In this document: one piece after another, positions 11,875 to 25,529 of the stretch
Numbering within the stretch: the stretch's first letter is position 1
Layout: each line of letters opens with the position of its first letter
Assembly: GCA_002269645.1 (NCBI GenBank)
Contig: NIVC01004590.1
Span: 1-41,160, forward strand
Length of the DNA: 41,160 bases
Origin: Macrostomum lignano
Lineage: Eukaryota
Direction: 5' to 3'
Translations under genes and position numbers: made by a program
Notes under the pieces: generated by a model
The model's input: the letters and a program-made list of their open reading frames with translations, nothing else
What the model was told of the DNA's origin: nothing
The model's database searches: none

Positions 11875-14280
11875 GGGTGCAGCCGAAATCGTCATATTCA
11901 AAATTGTCATATGATGATGACGACTTGAACAATTCTGGAAGACTTAAACATTTAAATATGACGACTTTGGCCAAAGGCAAAGGTGTGTTAATTTAGGATT
12001 TCCCTACTTTCCATACTAAGCATATCAACTAATGCTGATTGCTGACTACTAAGACTATAATTTAATAATAGAACAGTAGAAGGGATGACGAATATCAACA
12101 AAAACAAGTTTATGCAAAGAGAACAGTAGCAAAGAACGCGAGTTTAAGGTTATATTTCATATTTCATATTTGTAAATATCAATTATTGGCCAATTAAGTA
12201 AAAACAAAAAGATAAAAATAAAATACATTTTTTATAGCTGACATTTTTATAAGGCTAGGTGCCGCGATGATGCAATATAAAATTAGTTCAAAGTTTAAAG
12301 CAAATTTCATATTTCAGTTTTAGAAAATAAAAATGTCACGAATTAAAAATTCAAAGCAAAAGCTAGCTTGCAATCCTTAATGCAATCCTTCAGGCTGAAG
12401 CCGACTGCAGGCACGTAGGAATCTGCGGATGCTCAGCTGCCCAGTTGTGTACAATCTCCACAGCTCCCTGAGTCGCATCTGCAGTTTGGCATATTTTGCA
12501 CGATGGTTGTGACTTTTGGAGCCCTGTAGTACCAGTTCTGCCTGCACAGCAGCAACATTGGCCTCCTTGTATAGCAGCTGGAGTAGCATATACAGCGGGA
12601 GCTTTGCACGGCCTGCTCTGTTCTTCAGCCGACGATGCCACCCTTCTACTTCATTATTGGTCTGCACTTTCTGCTGAAAAATGCTAACATTTGTTTTGGT
12701 CCACACAGGATGTGTCAGCTAAGTTGTCTCAACGTATTCCACTAGCCAGAGCAGCCTGGCATCATTCGTGGATCTAATAATGTCACCAAACCCTATCTCC
12801 ATGTGCTCAGCTGGCAGAAGCGGAAGCGCCATCAGCTGTCGACGGAAGTCCTTCGTTGGTGCGTGACTCCTGAATGCCTGAGTCAGACCATCGAGTTGGA
12901 TGCGGTGCCAGACAGCTTGGCTATAATGAAATAGGCAGCCCTGTTTCCTTGTGGTGGGGAATACTTCACTAATTGCCTGCCACATAGCACCTTCGAAGTC
13001 AAGAATTGCCACTTCAGGCACAACATTGCTAAGATGCAGATGGAGACGCCTCAGTACAGCAGCATAGTCTTGCTGAGATTTTCCTGTGATACAAAATGTG
13101 TGTATGCGCTGTCAGTAGGCAGGAAATCTACAATTTTGAATAATAAACTAATAATATTCCCAATTTCGACTTACTTGACATTAGGGCAAACACCAGAGGT
13201 ACCTGCTTAATGCAGTCGTCCTTTTTCATGTAACAATGCACCGAGTATAGCTGCGTGAAAGGCTCTTTGACAACGTTAAACGTTCCATCTAGGAACCACA
13301 TAGTGAAAGTTGAGTGATAAGCCAAGCGTCAGGCTGCTCAATTGGTGCTGGATTGGCATTGTCAAGTTGAGCGATGAGCCGAGCATCAGGCTGCTCAACT
13401 GGTGCTGGATTGGCATTGTCAAGTTGAGCAGCGGACTGTTCAGTAGAGCCTGTCCAAAAATTACATGTACATGTACATAGTACTCATAAGAAAGCGATCA
13501 AGCAATGTGAGTTTTTCACACACAGTTTACATGTACTTGTAACTTAATTCCATGCACTTACACTGACTGCAGGACCAATGAAAGACAGTACCCTGGAGTC
13601 TATGGTACTCATTTAGGCTGACTGACGAACATCCTACTCTGTGCTGCCAGTGTTGACAACTATCACACTGAAAGCCATGTTGCTTCGGTTGAACTTCTTT
13701 GTGACAAACTATGCATGGATACATTGCCTTTAGTTACTGTTTATTTATCAGTTCAAGATTCATCAACACCAGTAGAGTTTGCCCCTGTTTATAAAGTTAA
13801 GCTACAGTAAAAGTGTTGCAAGAGTGCTCAAAATTCAGTTTAACCATATGCATGTACATATATATCTCTACTCTCATTCATGCAATATATACACATGTAC
13901 ATCATTGTGAGATCACAGAACTCAATGTACACTGTTACATTGTACAGGGTACACAATGTACATGCATAATTGAGATTATACTGCCCTGGCCTATAAAGGC
14001 TTGTTTAATTAGACTCCTTGGCTTTACGTATTTGACTGCATGATTTAGATGGCTTGTTTGATGGTAAGTGTGAATAAGCCTAAAGTTATAAATCGTTTTA
14101 ATTTGTTTGCAACACGCTGCCGCCATGAGCTAAGATCCTTGCGCAGCCAATGCAACGCAATATGGCATTTAGTGAATGCAGCATTGTCCAATACTGAGGT
14201 GATGACGATTTAGATAATTTAGTTGTTTTTCTCGTAAGCCACAGATGACAATCTCGAATATGACAACTTCGGCTGGAACC
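11875..14280 (-). mobile_element. Inner Mutator (MULE) transposon, 2.4-kb deletion derivative, about 40-bp TIRs, TSD ATAGCTTC(G)
   Basis: Left GGGTGCAGCCGAAATCGTCATATTCAAAATTGTCAT versus right reverse complement GGTTCCAGCCGAAGTTGTCATATTCGAGATTGTCAT. ATAGCTTC at 11867-11874 and 14281-14288 (9 bp if the left boundary is moved one base). It encloses the transposase. Confidence 0.88.
12377..13724 (-). pseudogene. Disrupted PHD-finger + MULE DDE transposase. Exons 13724-13562, 13449-13175, 13083-12377
   Basis: PHD CIVC...CDSC..W.H..C...WSCSQC. MULE motifs WFLDGTF, DFE, GCLFH (CxxH) and TNNEVEGWH. Two GTAAGT...CAG introns restore LMSRKSQQDY. Frame-breaking junction near 13306 and a TAG at 12719-12721 where Trp is expected. 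Confidence 0.92.
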
Positions 14281-16220
14281 ATAGCTTCGCCTACAGCCAT
14301 GTAACTATATAAAAAAGATATATAAAGAAATTTTAGTATGATTCTATACATACATAGTGCAACCTTCGAAATTCGGTTGGCCATGCAACTTAGTTTTAAC
14401 AAAAATGCAATGTGGTTTTTGGCCAAAAAATGCGACTTACATGTAAAGAAACCTAGAGCAAAATTAACGCAACTTTGGGTAAACGGCAGGAGTAACTATG
14501 ACTGCCTTATTAAGGCAAAATGCCTCATCATCTACTTGTACTACTTTTATTAATTTGGGTGGGCATTTTTGCAACTTACATTGGTTGGCCACCAAATCGG
14601 TCAGCCAGATCGGCCGACTATTGCACATGTATGATTCTATATTGATGCAAAGTGAACTAGAAATAGCTGCATCTATTAGACCTACTCAAAGTAGTAATAT
14701 AAGTTTTCTTGTGAATAATATAGCTGATCAATATTGAAAATTGTCATAATTTTCTCTTTAGTAGTTTGGTAAAAGTTTGAAAGCTTTGTTGTTATAAGAT
14801 TATATATAATAGATCCTAATGCACTTTAGCTACTTTGAATTTGCATTTTAGTTAAAGTTAGTAGATTCCATTGCTTATTCTACATTTTACCATTCTGTTA
14901 TGGATTACACATTTTACCAAGCTATTCCATTCCAATCCTGCCATAAATTCTGCATTTTATTAGGTGCCCTAAAATAGTCTGGCAGTAAATTAGCTATTGT
15001 CAAGTTCCATTTATTAAATTATTTTGACTAGAAAAGTACTGTACAAACTATTTTAAGTACAAATAGCTATTTTTAAGAAACTAAGCTTAATCAGGCACTA
15101 AATTTTATGCTTAAAACTTGTTATAATATATCTGACACCAAAAAGCTGCAATAGTCTATGGCCAAAATGGTTAACAAATATCAGCATTCAAAACACTGAT
15201 ATGCTATCACAAACTTATCATAGATATTTAATATTAGACCCACCCATTTGCCTACACTAAAACAGCCACGCAGACCATGCGTGCCCACTCTGTGTTAATT
15301 CATATAACTAGCTAACTATGCAAAAAAGCAAATAAGATGCGTGGGATAGAAAATGCCACCACCTCAACATCACCTAATTGACCCTTGCTATCTCAGCAAC
15401 TCTATTTAATACACCTTGGCATCTCAAAAAATTCTCCTAAACTATATAGGCATAGGAATAGTGGGATGAATATCCCTTCTCCTCACTTTTTTATATTCCT
15501 ATGCCCATGCTATAGACACTTGATCATTCTATATAATAGCTTAACAGTTATGGCTTTTCATTGCTTTTCTGCCTTGAATTAACATTAATTGATAGCTGCT
15601 AAATATCATTCTCTGACACATATTAGAACTATATTGGACCTACTCCTACAACTATGTATATGACCTATATTATAATCTAGATCATAATTTTTTAAATTCA
15701 ATATTGTTTTTCTAAAGATTGCTATACAGAAAAGCTAAGATGTTTTGGTGTCTTATTAGCATGATAAAGGTGATTTGTATAAATTCTTAACAAAAGAAAG
15801 GCAACAAAATTTTTATAAGCATGTTTATATATTGAAATGGTTGCAAAATTAGTCAAGAAAGCAGACTAAGCAATCTAGGATGCCAATGTTCATGGCACTG
15901 CTCTTGCAAGATAAAAGTTTTTAGTCAAAGTTTGTGCTTTTTACATCTATCTAGATTATTCTTTTTTAGTTTTAGCCAACAGAAAAATATAGAAACATAA
16001 TCTTTGTTGAACAAAAAGTAAAATTACAAAAAACAATAACTTGTATTTTTTCAACTTTTTTGACTCTAACATTATCCAATATTACCTCACATGATATAAT
16101 ATTTAATGAACTATTTTAATATTTCAGATTCAGCAGTTTTAAAACTCTGGATTGACCAAATCTATTTAAGTAGTAATTAGTTGTTACCAACTGAAATCAA
16201 TTATAGAAAATAAAATCTCA

Positions 16221-17283
16221 ATGGGCAACAAAGTGGCTCGTTTTATGCGCAACTACGACGCTGAGCGTCGCGCACTGAAGCTCCTGTCACGCAATGAGAA
16301 AGCTCCAGTCAGAGCTCCCAGGTTCGAATCCGAGAGAGAGATGCTCAGGCAGGTAGCGAAAGACCCAAATCTGGATGAAGCTGTCAATAAAAAGGATGCG
16401 AGTCTGTTGGAAAATCTTAGCAAAGTCAAGGTTGTGAGCTCGGACCCGGTGACGCCACAGAAAACTGAGCAACAAAAACAGCAGAGACCTCTGCCGCAGA
16501 GGCGGTACTACATGCCTATTGGCGAACTGGGAGTGCTGGAAGTTCCACCAGAGACTGTGCCGCCTGGTAGGCTGACTCTGATGCAGTTTCAGGTAAATAA
16601 CCAGTGTAGCTCGTATGTTGTTTTAACCTTTTCGCGCCGGAGCTAGAAATACAGAAGCTTCGTTCCTGCCGACATGGTCAGCAGGGCTGGCCATAGACTA
16701 TAGCTAGAATCTTAATGCGCCGCTTTGCAAAGCCTTTCTAGCCAAGAAGGGAGCATTTTATACTTGGCTTGGACAAATCTAGGGTAGAAAAAAGCAGTTT
16801 CAAAGTGCATTTCACTTAATGCTCACTATATAGATTATGCAGTGTGTACACTCGATATCTAGCAATAGACACTACAGTTCAAAACTGTCGAAAATAAAGA
16901 CGCAGCTCATTGTAAAAGGAGTCATACATACGCTCACACAGGGTCTGACTTGCTTATTTTTCGAGGCATATACAGTAGCTACACTGTATAGATATCCCTA
17001 GCCCAAAACAATGTGAATGTAGCAGCGTATGGAATCAAAGCCGGGTTCTTAGTGGTAAATAAGTTAATTAATTCCTTGTGTATCAAATTGCTTACTGCTC
17101 GAACATTCGCAGGAGCTGTTAAACACGCGTCAGCCGCAGGGTACCGGTCTCCCGTCTGAAAAAGTGCAGGAACTGCTTGACTTCTATGCTCCACTGATGC
17201 AGCGCAGTGCGAACGAGCTGAAACAGCTGACTCATAAAGACAAAGACGGCGCTGCTCAGCGTGAGGAGGCTGAGCTGAAGTGA
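16221..17283 (+). CDS. NDUFAF4: NADH:ubiquinone oxidoreductase complex assembly factor 4 homolog, 180 aa. Exons 16221-16592 and 17113-17283
   Basis: MG.KV.R..RN...ERRA, APR, KD..LL..L..V.V.S.DPV and VPPGRLTL match NDUFAF4 as I recall it. Exon 2 ELLN...GLPSEKVQELLDFY resembles TLLN...LEQKDVNSLLKYF. CAG|gtaaat and cgcag|GAG are phase 0; TGA at 17281-17283. Confidence 0.88.
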
Positions 17284-17875
17284 TTGAAATCGATGACATT
17301 ATAATATCAAACTCATTGATCCCTTCAATGACGGTCTCGTGTTGCATTTTTGAATATGTCCGCCATTTATTAATTTATTAGTAGTGAATTGATTTCTTAG
17401 CCATGTTTCATAGATCCATTCTGTAGGCTTGGTAGACACATTTTTTATTAAATTCATGAGTTTAATAGCAAAATAAATAGACACATTAATATTGGACACA
17501 AAGTAAACCTGCTTGTATAACGTTTTCTTATATTTTTTGTAATTTAATCATCGAATCGAGACACGCGCAGGGATACAGATACTCTAAAAAGCGTTTAGAT
17601 ACTCAAGGTTTTTAGCAATAAATAAGACAAAAAAGATTTTTAAAATAGAATAAACTATACAATTTAAAATAAAAGTCGAAATTTGAACATTTGATGAGTA
17701 CGTTATAAATCATATACTATTCGCTAAATATAAAGTTACGCCTAAAACTAGCTACATGACATATAAATAAAGCATTTTAAACATAGCATTGAAAGCTGAA
17801 GTTACTTTTTAAGTGTTCTATAGTAGAAGAAGATAGTTAAAGTGCTAGACTGAAGCTGAAATACATTTAATAAAG

Positions 17876-18247
17876 CAGGGGTCGGCTGACTCCGGACCGC
17901 AAAACCTCAATTCAGCGCTTTGGTCCTCTGTTTTCAACTTCACAATAGCAATCTGGCCCGTTCAATGTTTGTGTCTTTTATGCTCCCTTTTCTCTAATCT
18001 CATCTCTTTTCTCTCCTTTTATCTCCTTTCATTCTCTCCTCTTCTCTTATTTCCCCTCTCCTCTCCTCTCCTATTTATCTCTTTTTTTCCTCTCTTCTCG
18101 CCTATTGCCCCTCGCCTCGTCTTTCCCATGTCTCATCTCTAATTTCTCTTCTATTTTCTCTCTTTCTCCCTTGCTCTGGCCCGCAGCTATGCATGCGCTA
18201 GATTCTTTATCTGGCCCTTGAAGTAAAAAAGATTTTGCCGACCCCTG
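17876..18247. mobile_element. hAT (Charlie-like) MITE, 372 bp, with a CT-rich core
   Basis: Perfect 11-bp TIRs CAGGGGTCGGC...GCCGACCCCTG and subterminal TGGCCC motifs. Flanks TAATAAAG and ACCTAAAG are only a partial 8-bp TSD. Confidence 0.82.
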
Positions 18248-18341
18248 ACCTAAAGCTACAAAAATATTCTACCTTGCCTTCGTTTTGTCTCAATAATGTC
18301 AAATAACATACGACACAGAGGACACAGAGCGGTAGTCTCGG

Positions 18342-20305
<1,964 letters not shown>

Positions 20306-20949
20306 TGTGAACTAAAGGTGATTGTAACTACAGAGCTCATTTCTAGAAATTTATGTTTTTTGAAGTCTTAAACTATATTTTTGGTACCTTCTTTAAAGGT
20401 AAGAGCTTGTACATTTAAAAATAACGGTCGTGTTTAGATTTGCAATGTACAAACAAAACCTGCTCTTATTTTCTCCGAGGGTAGACATTCTAAGTGCTGT
20501 ATTTACCCGCCTTGTGCTATTGATAAAACGTAACGTCGCACAACGATGTATATTACATCTCGGCCGGAATTCTTTCGTTTTACTACCATAAATTTCAAAG
20601 TAACATGTAGCTTATAACTCCATGGACTTATAAGCACAGACGGTAATCTTAATATACTATGCCTTAGCTACTGACACTTATTGAGTTCGATAAGACGCTT
20701 TTGGCCATAGACATTTGATTTTGTCTCTCCATTCCCTTAACGTCGAAATTTCCGCTATGGCTCATGGCTCAGGTACAGGACACTAAAATCAAAGGGAGCT
20801 GCCTAGTGCCCACAGTTGCCTTAAGTTTTGAGCTAAAAAGAGCGTGCTAAAAGAGACGAGATTCTGCCGGAACTCGAAGTCGCGTTAATTTCATCTGCTA
20901 ATTGAGAAAGCATTTTTAGAATCCTTAAAAAGCAGCAGCCTTTACCATC
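20306..20949. promoter_or_regulatory. 644-bp divergent (head-to-head) intergenic region shared by the ANK-kinase and beta-tubulin; putative bidirectional promoter
   Basis: ATG of the kinase at 20305 (-) and ATG of tubulin at 20950 (+). Promoter function is inferred from geometry only. Confidence 0.55.
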
Positions 20950-22983
20950 ATGCGGGAAATCGTTCACATGCAGGCTGGTCAGTGCGGCAACCAGATTGGT
21001 GCCAAGGTAAGCAGCGTATTTTATTTTATTGCCAGACTAAGCATAAATGTACAAGCGTATTATTATTTTAAAATGTAATTTCTTGCCAATTGCTTATTAT
21101 ATGAAATGCGACACTCTTTCCTTGGATATATAACAGTTCTGGGAAGTGATCTCCGATGAGCACGGGATCGACCCCACCGGCACTTATCATGGCGATTCGG
21201 ACCTACAGCTGGAGCGAATCTCTGTGTACTACAACGAAGCTACTGGCGGAAAGTACGTACCGCGGGCCATCCTGATCGACCTGGAGCCTGGAACCATGGA
21301 AAGCGTCAGAGCCAGTGCTTTTGGCATGCTTTTCCAGCCTGACAACCTCGTGTTTGGCAAGAGCGGCGCCGGCAACAACTGGGCGAAGGGCTACTACACC
21401 GAGGGCGCCGAGATCATCGACAAGGTGATGGACGCGGTCAGGAAAGAGTGCGAAGGCTGCGACTGCCTGCAGGGCTTCCAGTTGACCCACTCGCTGGGCG
21501 GAGGCACAGGCTCGGGTATGGGCTCGCTGCTGTTGAGCAAGATCCGAGAGGAGTACCCCGACAGAATCATCATGTCGTTCTCCGTGGTGCCGTCTCCAAA
21601 GGTAGGTTCTTCTTATTTTCCTTGATAGCTGATAGGATCTATTTTATAACTTAATATCAACTAGCCAGATTTCAAGCAATGGTTAAATTTTCCCATTGAT
21701 TAAAGTCATAATGATCTAACTCTTAGTGTTTTCGTCGATTTAACGTTTATAAGTAACACTTAGATGAATATTTTTGGTATTGAACTGAACAAATAAAAAG
21801 TTTAACAAAGAAACAGATAGATAGTTTTAATTTCGTGTGAAAAATCCGCATTATAGTGGCTTAATATCATTATTTGTACTTTTATCTATTGCCTGGTAGC
21901 TTTCGCGTTAATTGTCTATGGCCATAGATGTGCACAGTTTAAATCTAGCTCTGGCGAAAAGAACATAGTAATATGATTTTTCAAGGACTGAGCAAGTACT
22001 CTTTTGGCTGGGAATTTTTATTTAGTTTTGATTGTGGTACTAATTGGTAAATGCATCTAATGTTAGTGCAAGTAATGTTATAATTTTTTTGGCATCGTGT
22101 AGATTATAAAAATTTCCTGTCAGTGTTTTGTTGGTGCCGAATTCATCAACGAGTTTTTTCCGAATTTCAGGTGTCCGACACAGTTGTGGAGCCTTATAAC
22201 TGCATGCTGTCCCTGCACCAGCTAGTTGAAAACACTGACGAAACGTTCTGCATCGACAACGAGGCCCTCTACTACATCTGCTTTCACACGTTGAAGTTGA
22301 GCTCGCCCAGCTACGCGGATCTCAACCATCTGGTGAGCGCCGCCATGTCCGGCACAACCACCTGTTTGCGATTCCCGGGACAGCTGAATGCAGACCTGCG
22401 CAAGCTGGCTGTGAACATGGTGCCGTTCCCTCGGCTGCACTTCTTCATGCCCGGCTTCGCCCCGCTGACCGCTCGCGGCAGCTCCAGCTACAAGCAGGTC
22501 AACGTTGCCGAGCTCACCCTGCAGATGTTCGACGCCAAGAACATGATGGCCGCCTGCGACCCCAAGCACGGCCGCTACCTCACCGTCGCTGCCATCTTCC
22601 GCGGTAGAATGTCTACTAAAGACGTTGACGAGCAGATGCTCAACCTGCAGAACAAAAACAGCTCTTACTTTGTCGAGTGGATTCCTAACAATGTCAAAAC
22701 TGCCGTGTGCGACATCCCGCCTCGCGGGATGAAAATGTCCGTAACCTTCATCGGCAACTCCACCTCTATCCAGGAGCTGTTCAAGCGAGTCTCTGAGCAG
22801 TTCAGCGCCATGTTCAAGCGGAAAGCTTTCCTTCACTGGTACACCAACGAAGGCATGGACGATCACGAGTTCATGGAGGCCGAGTCCAACGTCAACGATT
22901 TGGTGTCCGAGCTGCAACAGTACCAGGATGCCACAGCGGACGATGAAGGCGAGTACGAAGAGGAGGAGGAAGAGCTTGAGTAA
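20950..22983 (+). CDS. TUBB: Beta-tubulin, divergent isotype, 444 aa. Exons 20950-21006, 21137-21601, 22171-22983
   Basis: [19 protein letters not shown]|[17 protein letters not shown] signature, acidic tail [12 protein letters not shown]. All introns are phase 0 GT-AG. Exon 1 is not in the ORF track. Confidence 0.98.
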
Positions 22984-23744
22984 TGAGACTTGTGACAACC
23001 TTGCCAGCGGAATTGTCTCCGCTCTTTGCTGCACAAATCCTGAGGCCCACTAGCAGGTCAACTGTTTTCATTTGCTTCCCGCAGCCGGCCTCCGTCTAAT
23101 ATTTGAGTTTTTTTTTATTTTCTATTTTTGTAAGGTCAAAAAGGTGAACGGTTGTGATTTGGTATTGATTTCATTTTTTTGAAATTTTATTTTTGTTTTG
23201 TTTTTTACCAAAGCACGCAGTGACTTTAGTTGCTAACTTAGTTGTTTTACATTGAAAAGCGTTTGTCGCACTTCATTTTATTCGTCAGTTAGCCGCAAAA
23301 TCGCAGCAGTGCCCTTGCTACTAAAGCTTTTGCAGCATAGGTTACTTTATATTGCTTTTATGCACCCCAACTGGGCACGCATGCAATTGGCTGCCCATAT
23401 GAAAGTATTTTTATTTGCCATTGTGCATTTCAGCAGTCTATAGTCGAGGTATTGTCAGCACTACTTTGTTTTAATCTTTGTTTTGCGCACTAGTATTTCC
23501 ACTTTTTTATGATTTATCTCACAATTGTCGTCTTTTCCCACCCGAAAAGCTTGGGGACAACTACAATACAATCGGTTTTACATTTATTTTGGACTAGCTT
23601 CGAAACCTGAAGTTTTGATACGCTCACCGAGAGAGAGGAAAAGGCTGCATGTAGATGAGGCCATTAATTTGTTACTGAAGACTTTTGATTCTATTTTTTT
23701 CCTAACACTTGCGCATAGTTTTTGTTTTGCATTTTACCAAATCG

Positions 23745-24385
23745 ACGTTGAGATTCCAATGCTTACAGGGGAGTTGCTGAGATACCATGGCTCACAGGGA
23801 GGGGGGATTGCTGAGATGCCAAGGCTCACAGGGGGGATTGCTGAGATGCCAAGCCTCACAGGGAGATTGCTGAGATGCCAAGGCTCACAGGGAGGGGGGT
23901 TGCTGAGATGCCAAGGCTCACAGGGAGGGGGGTTGCTGAGATGCCAAGGCTCACAGGGAGTGGGGTTGCTGAGATGCCAAGGCTCACAGGGAGATTGCTG
24001 AGATGCCAAGGCTCACAGGGAGATTGCTGAGATGCCAAGGCTCACAGGGAGGGGGGTTGCTGAGATGCCAAGGCTCACAGGGAGTGGGGTTGCTGAGATG
24101 CCAAGGCTCACAGGGAGATTGCTGAGATGCCAAGGCTCACAGGGAGGGGGGGTTGCTGAGATGCCAAGCCTCACAGGGAGGGGGGATAGCTGAGATGCCA
24201 AGGCTCACAGGGAGTGGGGTTGCTGAGATGCCAAGCCTCACATGGGGGATTGCTGAGATGCCAAGCCTCACAGGGAGATTGCTGAGATGCCAAGCCTCAC
24301 AGGGAGGGGGGATAGCTGAGATGCCAAGGCTCACAGGGAAAATCGCTGAGATGCCAAGGCTCACAGGGGGGAATCGCTAAGACGC
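23745..24385. repeat. G-rich 28-34-bp minisatellite (TTGCTGAGATGCCAAGGCTCACAGGGAG[G]n), about 20 copies
   Basis: Directly visible; units differ in the length of the G-tract. Confidence 0.95.
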
Positions 24386-25529
24386 CAGGGCATTGGATCT
24401 GAAAGGAAAACTCTAAATAAGTCCTGGGATTTCTGTGTACTTTCTCTACGAACAAGGCACAGTTTATGTACACTGGCTTATAATGTACTATAGTAGGAAA
24501 GTCAGAACAAGTTCCAATTCCTCCGTGTGTGCTTTGCTCCCAACCCACAGTGCAGGAAATCTACATAAGTTTTAAGCTTTACATAAAGCGCATTTGTATA
24601 AACAGCGATATTTTGACCTATCTGGATCTCAGTTAACTTTACATAGAATTTCGACTCTTCGCAAGTGTGCTGCATCCGTGCATGACAAGATGAAAATCTT
24701 CGTCGACTCATATTTTCTTACAAAACACGCATTAGTTTCCCACACAAACCTGCTACTTGTTTTATGCCAGTCAATAAAAGTGAGACACGTACGCTTTCTA
24801 GCAGCAATGCGCGTCTCTGCCTTCATGGGTGGCCCCACAAATTGCACTCGAATTTTCGACGCTACGGGGGAGAATTGCACCCTATGGCTGCTACCTGAGC
24901 AAATTTCCAAATTGGACGAAGCTACGGGGGTTTATACTCACTGGGGGGTATAAAGACAACAGTTAGCAGTTTCTTTTGTCCCGCAGTCCCTCTACCTACA
25001 GTCTCACTGAGAATGCAACTCACTAGTTTCTCTATTCGGCAATTTGCATCTACCGCGCTGTCGGATTCTTTAAGTGTCTCAGTCGGAAACATCTCGCTAT
25101 TCTCTGCTCAAAGTATACAACACAACCAGCAGGGGTCTGTGCTCGACTATGTATGAATAGAAGAGACGAAACGAACAACTTCGTAGCATCTATTCGTTCT
25201 CGATAAAAAACGGCTGGGACAGAAAAACTGCAAGACAGGCAAAAAGACAGTCAAGAAGGACTGAGTGTAGCTCGTAGGCTACAACAGTGAAAATGCTTTT
25301 TTAACATCTTTGTTCGGATGACAAATAAGATAAGAGGGGTATATATTGAGCTCTGCACGCAGGCGAGCTTTCTCACGGTTCACAGGTTCCCCGCCTGGCA
25401 CTAGCAAGCAGAAGGTGGCAAGCGTCATCTGATCTGTTTAATTAAGTTGAAAACTTGCAAATCCAGACTAAAATACAGGATTTAGACCATACTAGCTAAA
25501 GTTTTTACTCAACTTTGAATTTTGCTGTC

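Larger units (their letters stand above)
11693..14968. mobile_element. Outer Mutator-like non-autonomous element (about 0.86 kb without the nested insert), about 135-bp imperfect TIRs
   Basis: Left GGTACCTAGTAAAATGCAGAAT... aligns with the reverse complement of the right end (GGCACCTAATAAAATGCAGAAT...). Flanks CTAAAATAA (11684-11692) and CTAAAATAG (14969-14977) form a 9-bp TSD with one mismatch. Confidence 0.8.

Noticed and set aside
16979-17347. 122-aa minus-strand ORF
   Set aside because: It is the antisense shadow of NDUFAF4 exon 2.
22222-23034. 270-aa antisense ORF over tubulin, and similar antisense ORFs in RADIL and IQCH
   Set aside because: An expected by-product of strong codon bias in GC-rich exons; no recognisable motifs.
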